Assembly (NCBI GenBank): GCA_047495785.1
Contig: JBLDXI010000024.1
Location: 2,976,001 to 3,040,000 of the forward strand
From: Lepidodermella squamata
Taxonomy: Eukaryota > Animalia > Gastrotricha
Direction of reading: 5' to 3'
Length of the DNA: 64,000 nt
Shown: piece by piece, positions 62,344-64,000 of the stretch
How positions within the stretch are numbered: position 1 is the stretch's first letter
Layout of the letters: each line of letters starts with the position of its first letter
The notes under the pieces: generated by a model
The model's database searches: none
Told to the model about the DNA's origin: nothing
Seen by the model: the letters and a program-made list of their open reading frames with translations, nothing else
Translations under genes and position numbers: made by a program

Positions 62344-63178
62344 CATCTTTTTTCTTTTGCAATTTCATTATTTTTATTAAAGAAACACGTGATTATATTT
62401 TCATGATTCTCAGCTTATTCATTTTTTTACTTTTTTCTACCTAAGGATTTACTCGATCTTCGAAGGTTCGCTGTATGCGAATACGAAACCCGAATTGGAT
62501 GAATTTGATATCAAATTGAAGCTAGAGATCTGATCTATCTAGCTGTGAAATTAGAATACTGGATGCCATTTCATTCTTGAAGGTATTCAACGTTTTAGCT
62601 GACTGGCTGTTCGGAAAGTTTCTTCTGATTTTACCTACGATAATGTTTATTTTTCAACAAATACCTACTAAGGAATAATTATATTACTTAGTCTTCGCTA
62701 ATTTCATCATTTCATGATGAAACCAAAGCAATATTTGTGAAAACTACCTCAGCTTAGGGTAAGCTATTGCCCTAAATGCTACTAAAGCTCAATTTTTCGA
62801 GGTACTATCGCTTCTACTCGAGATATCAACTCCGCCTGATTGTTCTAATCATTTTTGGGGAGGAGGGAGGGGCCTTATACCTATAAAATATAAAAACTAC
62901 CCAAGGAAAACATCTTTGCAGTTAATTCTACTTACTCCTTAGTTTTTGCGAAACACATAATAATTTTGTCGATCTGATCGCATGTTTGAAAAGATTATAT
63001 ATCTAGCTTCAATTTGATATCAAATTCATCCAATTCAGGTTTTGTAATCGCTTACCTTCGAAGATCGAGTAAATCCTTAGGTAGAAAAAAGTAAAAAAAA
63101 TGAATAAGTTGAGAATCATGAAAAAATAAACACGTGTTTCTTTAATAAAAATAATGAAATTGCAAAGGAAAAAAGGTG
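62344..63178. mobile_element. MITE with long (about 190 bp) inverted repeats, TA flanks
   Basis: 62344-62530 is the near reverse complement of about 63000-63178 (e.g. CCTAAGGATTTACTCGATCTTCGAAGGT). Confidence 0.85.
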
Positions 63179-64000
63179 TAGAGATGATAGATTGCTAAAA
63201 AATTAATTAAGACGATTGTAGAATTTTCAGACCTCTAGGATCCTCACATCCTCCTTGAAACAGGGAAAACCTTAAGACCCTGATGAATATCAACCCCTTT
63301 TTTATACCACTCGACTCCTCATTGATAGGTCTTTAAGTTAACATTAATAGATCTTAAAATTGGCATCAAAATCTCACAATGTTCAAATTCAATGCTCAAA
63401 TGGCATCAAAATTTCGCCACACCCCACTTTTCACTAGTTTCCAGTCATTTTCTCTTTTTGCTAACATAAAAAGCCCTTAATATGCAATGCAAGATTTTCA
63501 TAAATAGGTCACTGAGCAACCTGAAGTGAGCATGCCAACGACCAGCCAACCTTCATTAGTCCAATCAATTGCTTTTTGTACACGTGAAACTGTTGTTTTC
63601 AATGTTTCGCGACTTTTGGCACAATAATCAATTTCACTTGAAAACAACTCGAAATGTCTTACCCCTAAAATGTCTCTGTCGAATGTCAAAATGGCCACCG
63701 CTTCTCTCTCACTGGCTATTAAGCGATGCAGGCTGAATACCACTTTTATCGAGTGTTTTTTCACACAATGTGAGCAAAGTGACTTCGCGATAGCGTCAAA
63801 TGCTATGCAGTTTCCAGGCAATTACAGCGATGGCAGGGCTAGCAAATTGACAGCGACGTTTATCATCGCGCTCCGACATTTTGCTGCCGTTGAATTATTT
63901 GATAATTATTCAGCTTTCTTCAAAGGTGCGAGAGGATTTATCATTAATTTAAATGAGACGATTCAAAAATTGAACAACGAATTGTCTATTATTGAGTAGA

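Noticed and set aside
63498-63999. Overlapping ORFs at the window end
   Set aside because: No recognisable motif, and the sequence is cut by the window edge.
1-64000. CRISPR array or prokaryotic operon
   Set aside because: No regularly spaced repeat-spacer array; the genes are spliced and eukaryotic.

Overview
Eukaryotic, most likely invertebrate-animal genomic DNA: short AT-rich GT-AG introns, GPCR and C-type lectin gene arrays, many transposable elements. The main result is an apparently intact 9,452-bp DNA transposon (3405-12856). It has ~245-249-bp terminal inverted repeats and a TA target-site duplication, and it splits a class A GPCR gene in TM5. It encodes a 9-exon RAG1-core/Transib/Chapaev-like DDE transposase and, convergently, a complete 5-exon Rad21/Rec8-type cohesin kleisin with no ExxR separase motif. 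It also carries two or three small spliced orphan genes and a dispersed CCRCCTTAA motif. Other genes in the window: a tandem cluster of GABA-B-like class C GPCRs (intact, frameshifted and fragmentary copies), a NEK-like kinase, five mucin-stalk C-type lectin copies, and a secreted Ala/Gln-Pro-Ile-rich protein. Other mobile DNA: a truncated Ty1/copia element, two decayed LINEs (one with a 2A-like peptide), a Penelope-type hammerhead-like motif, and several MITEs. All exon models and family assignments were made by eye, without database searches.
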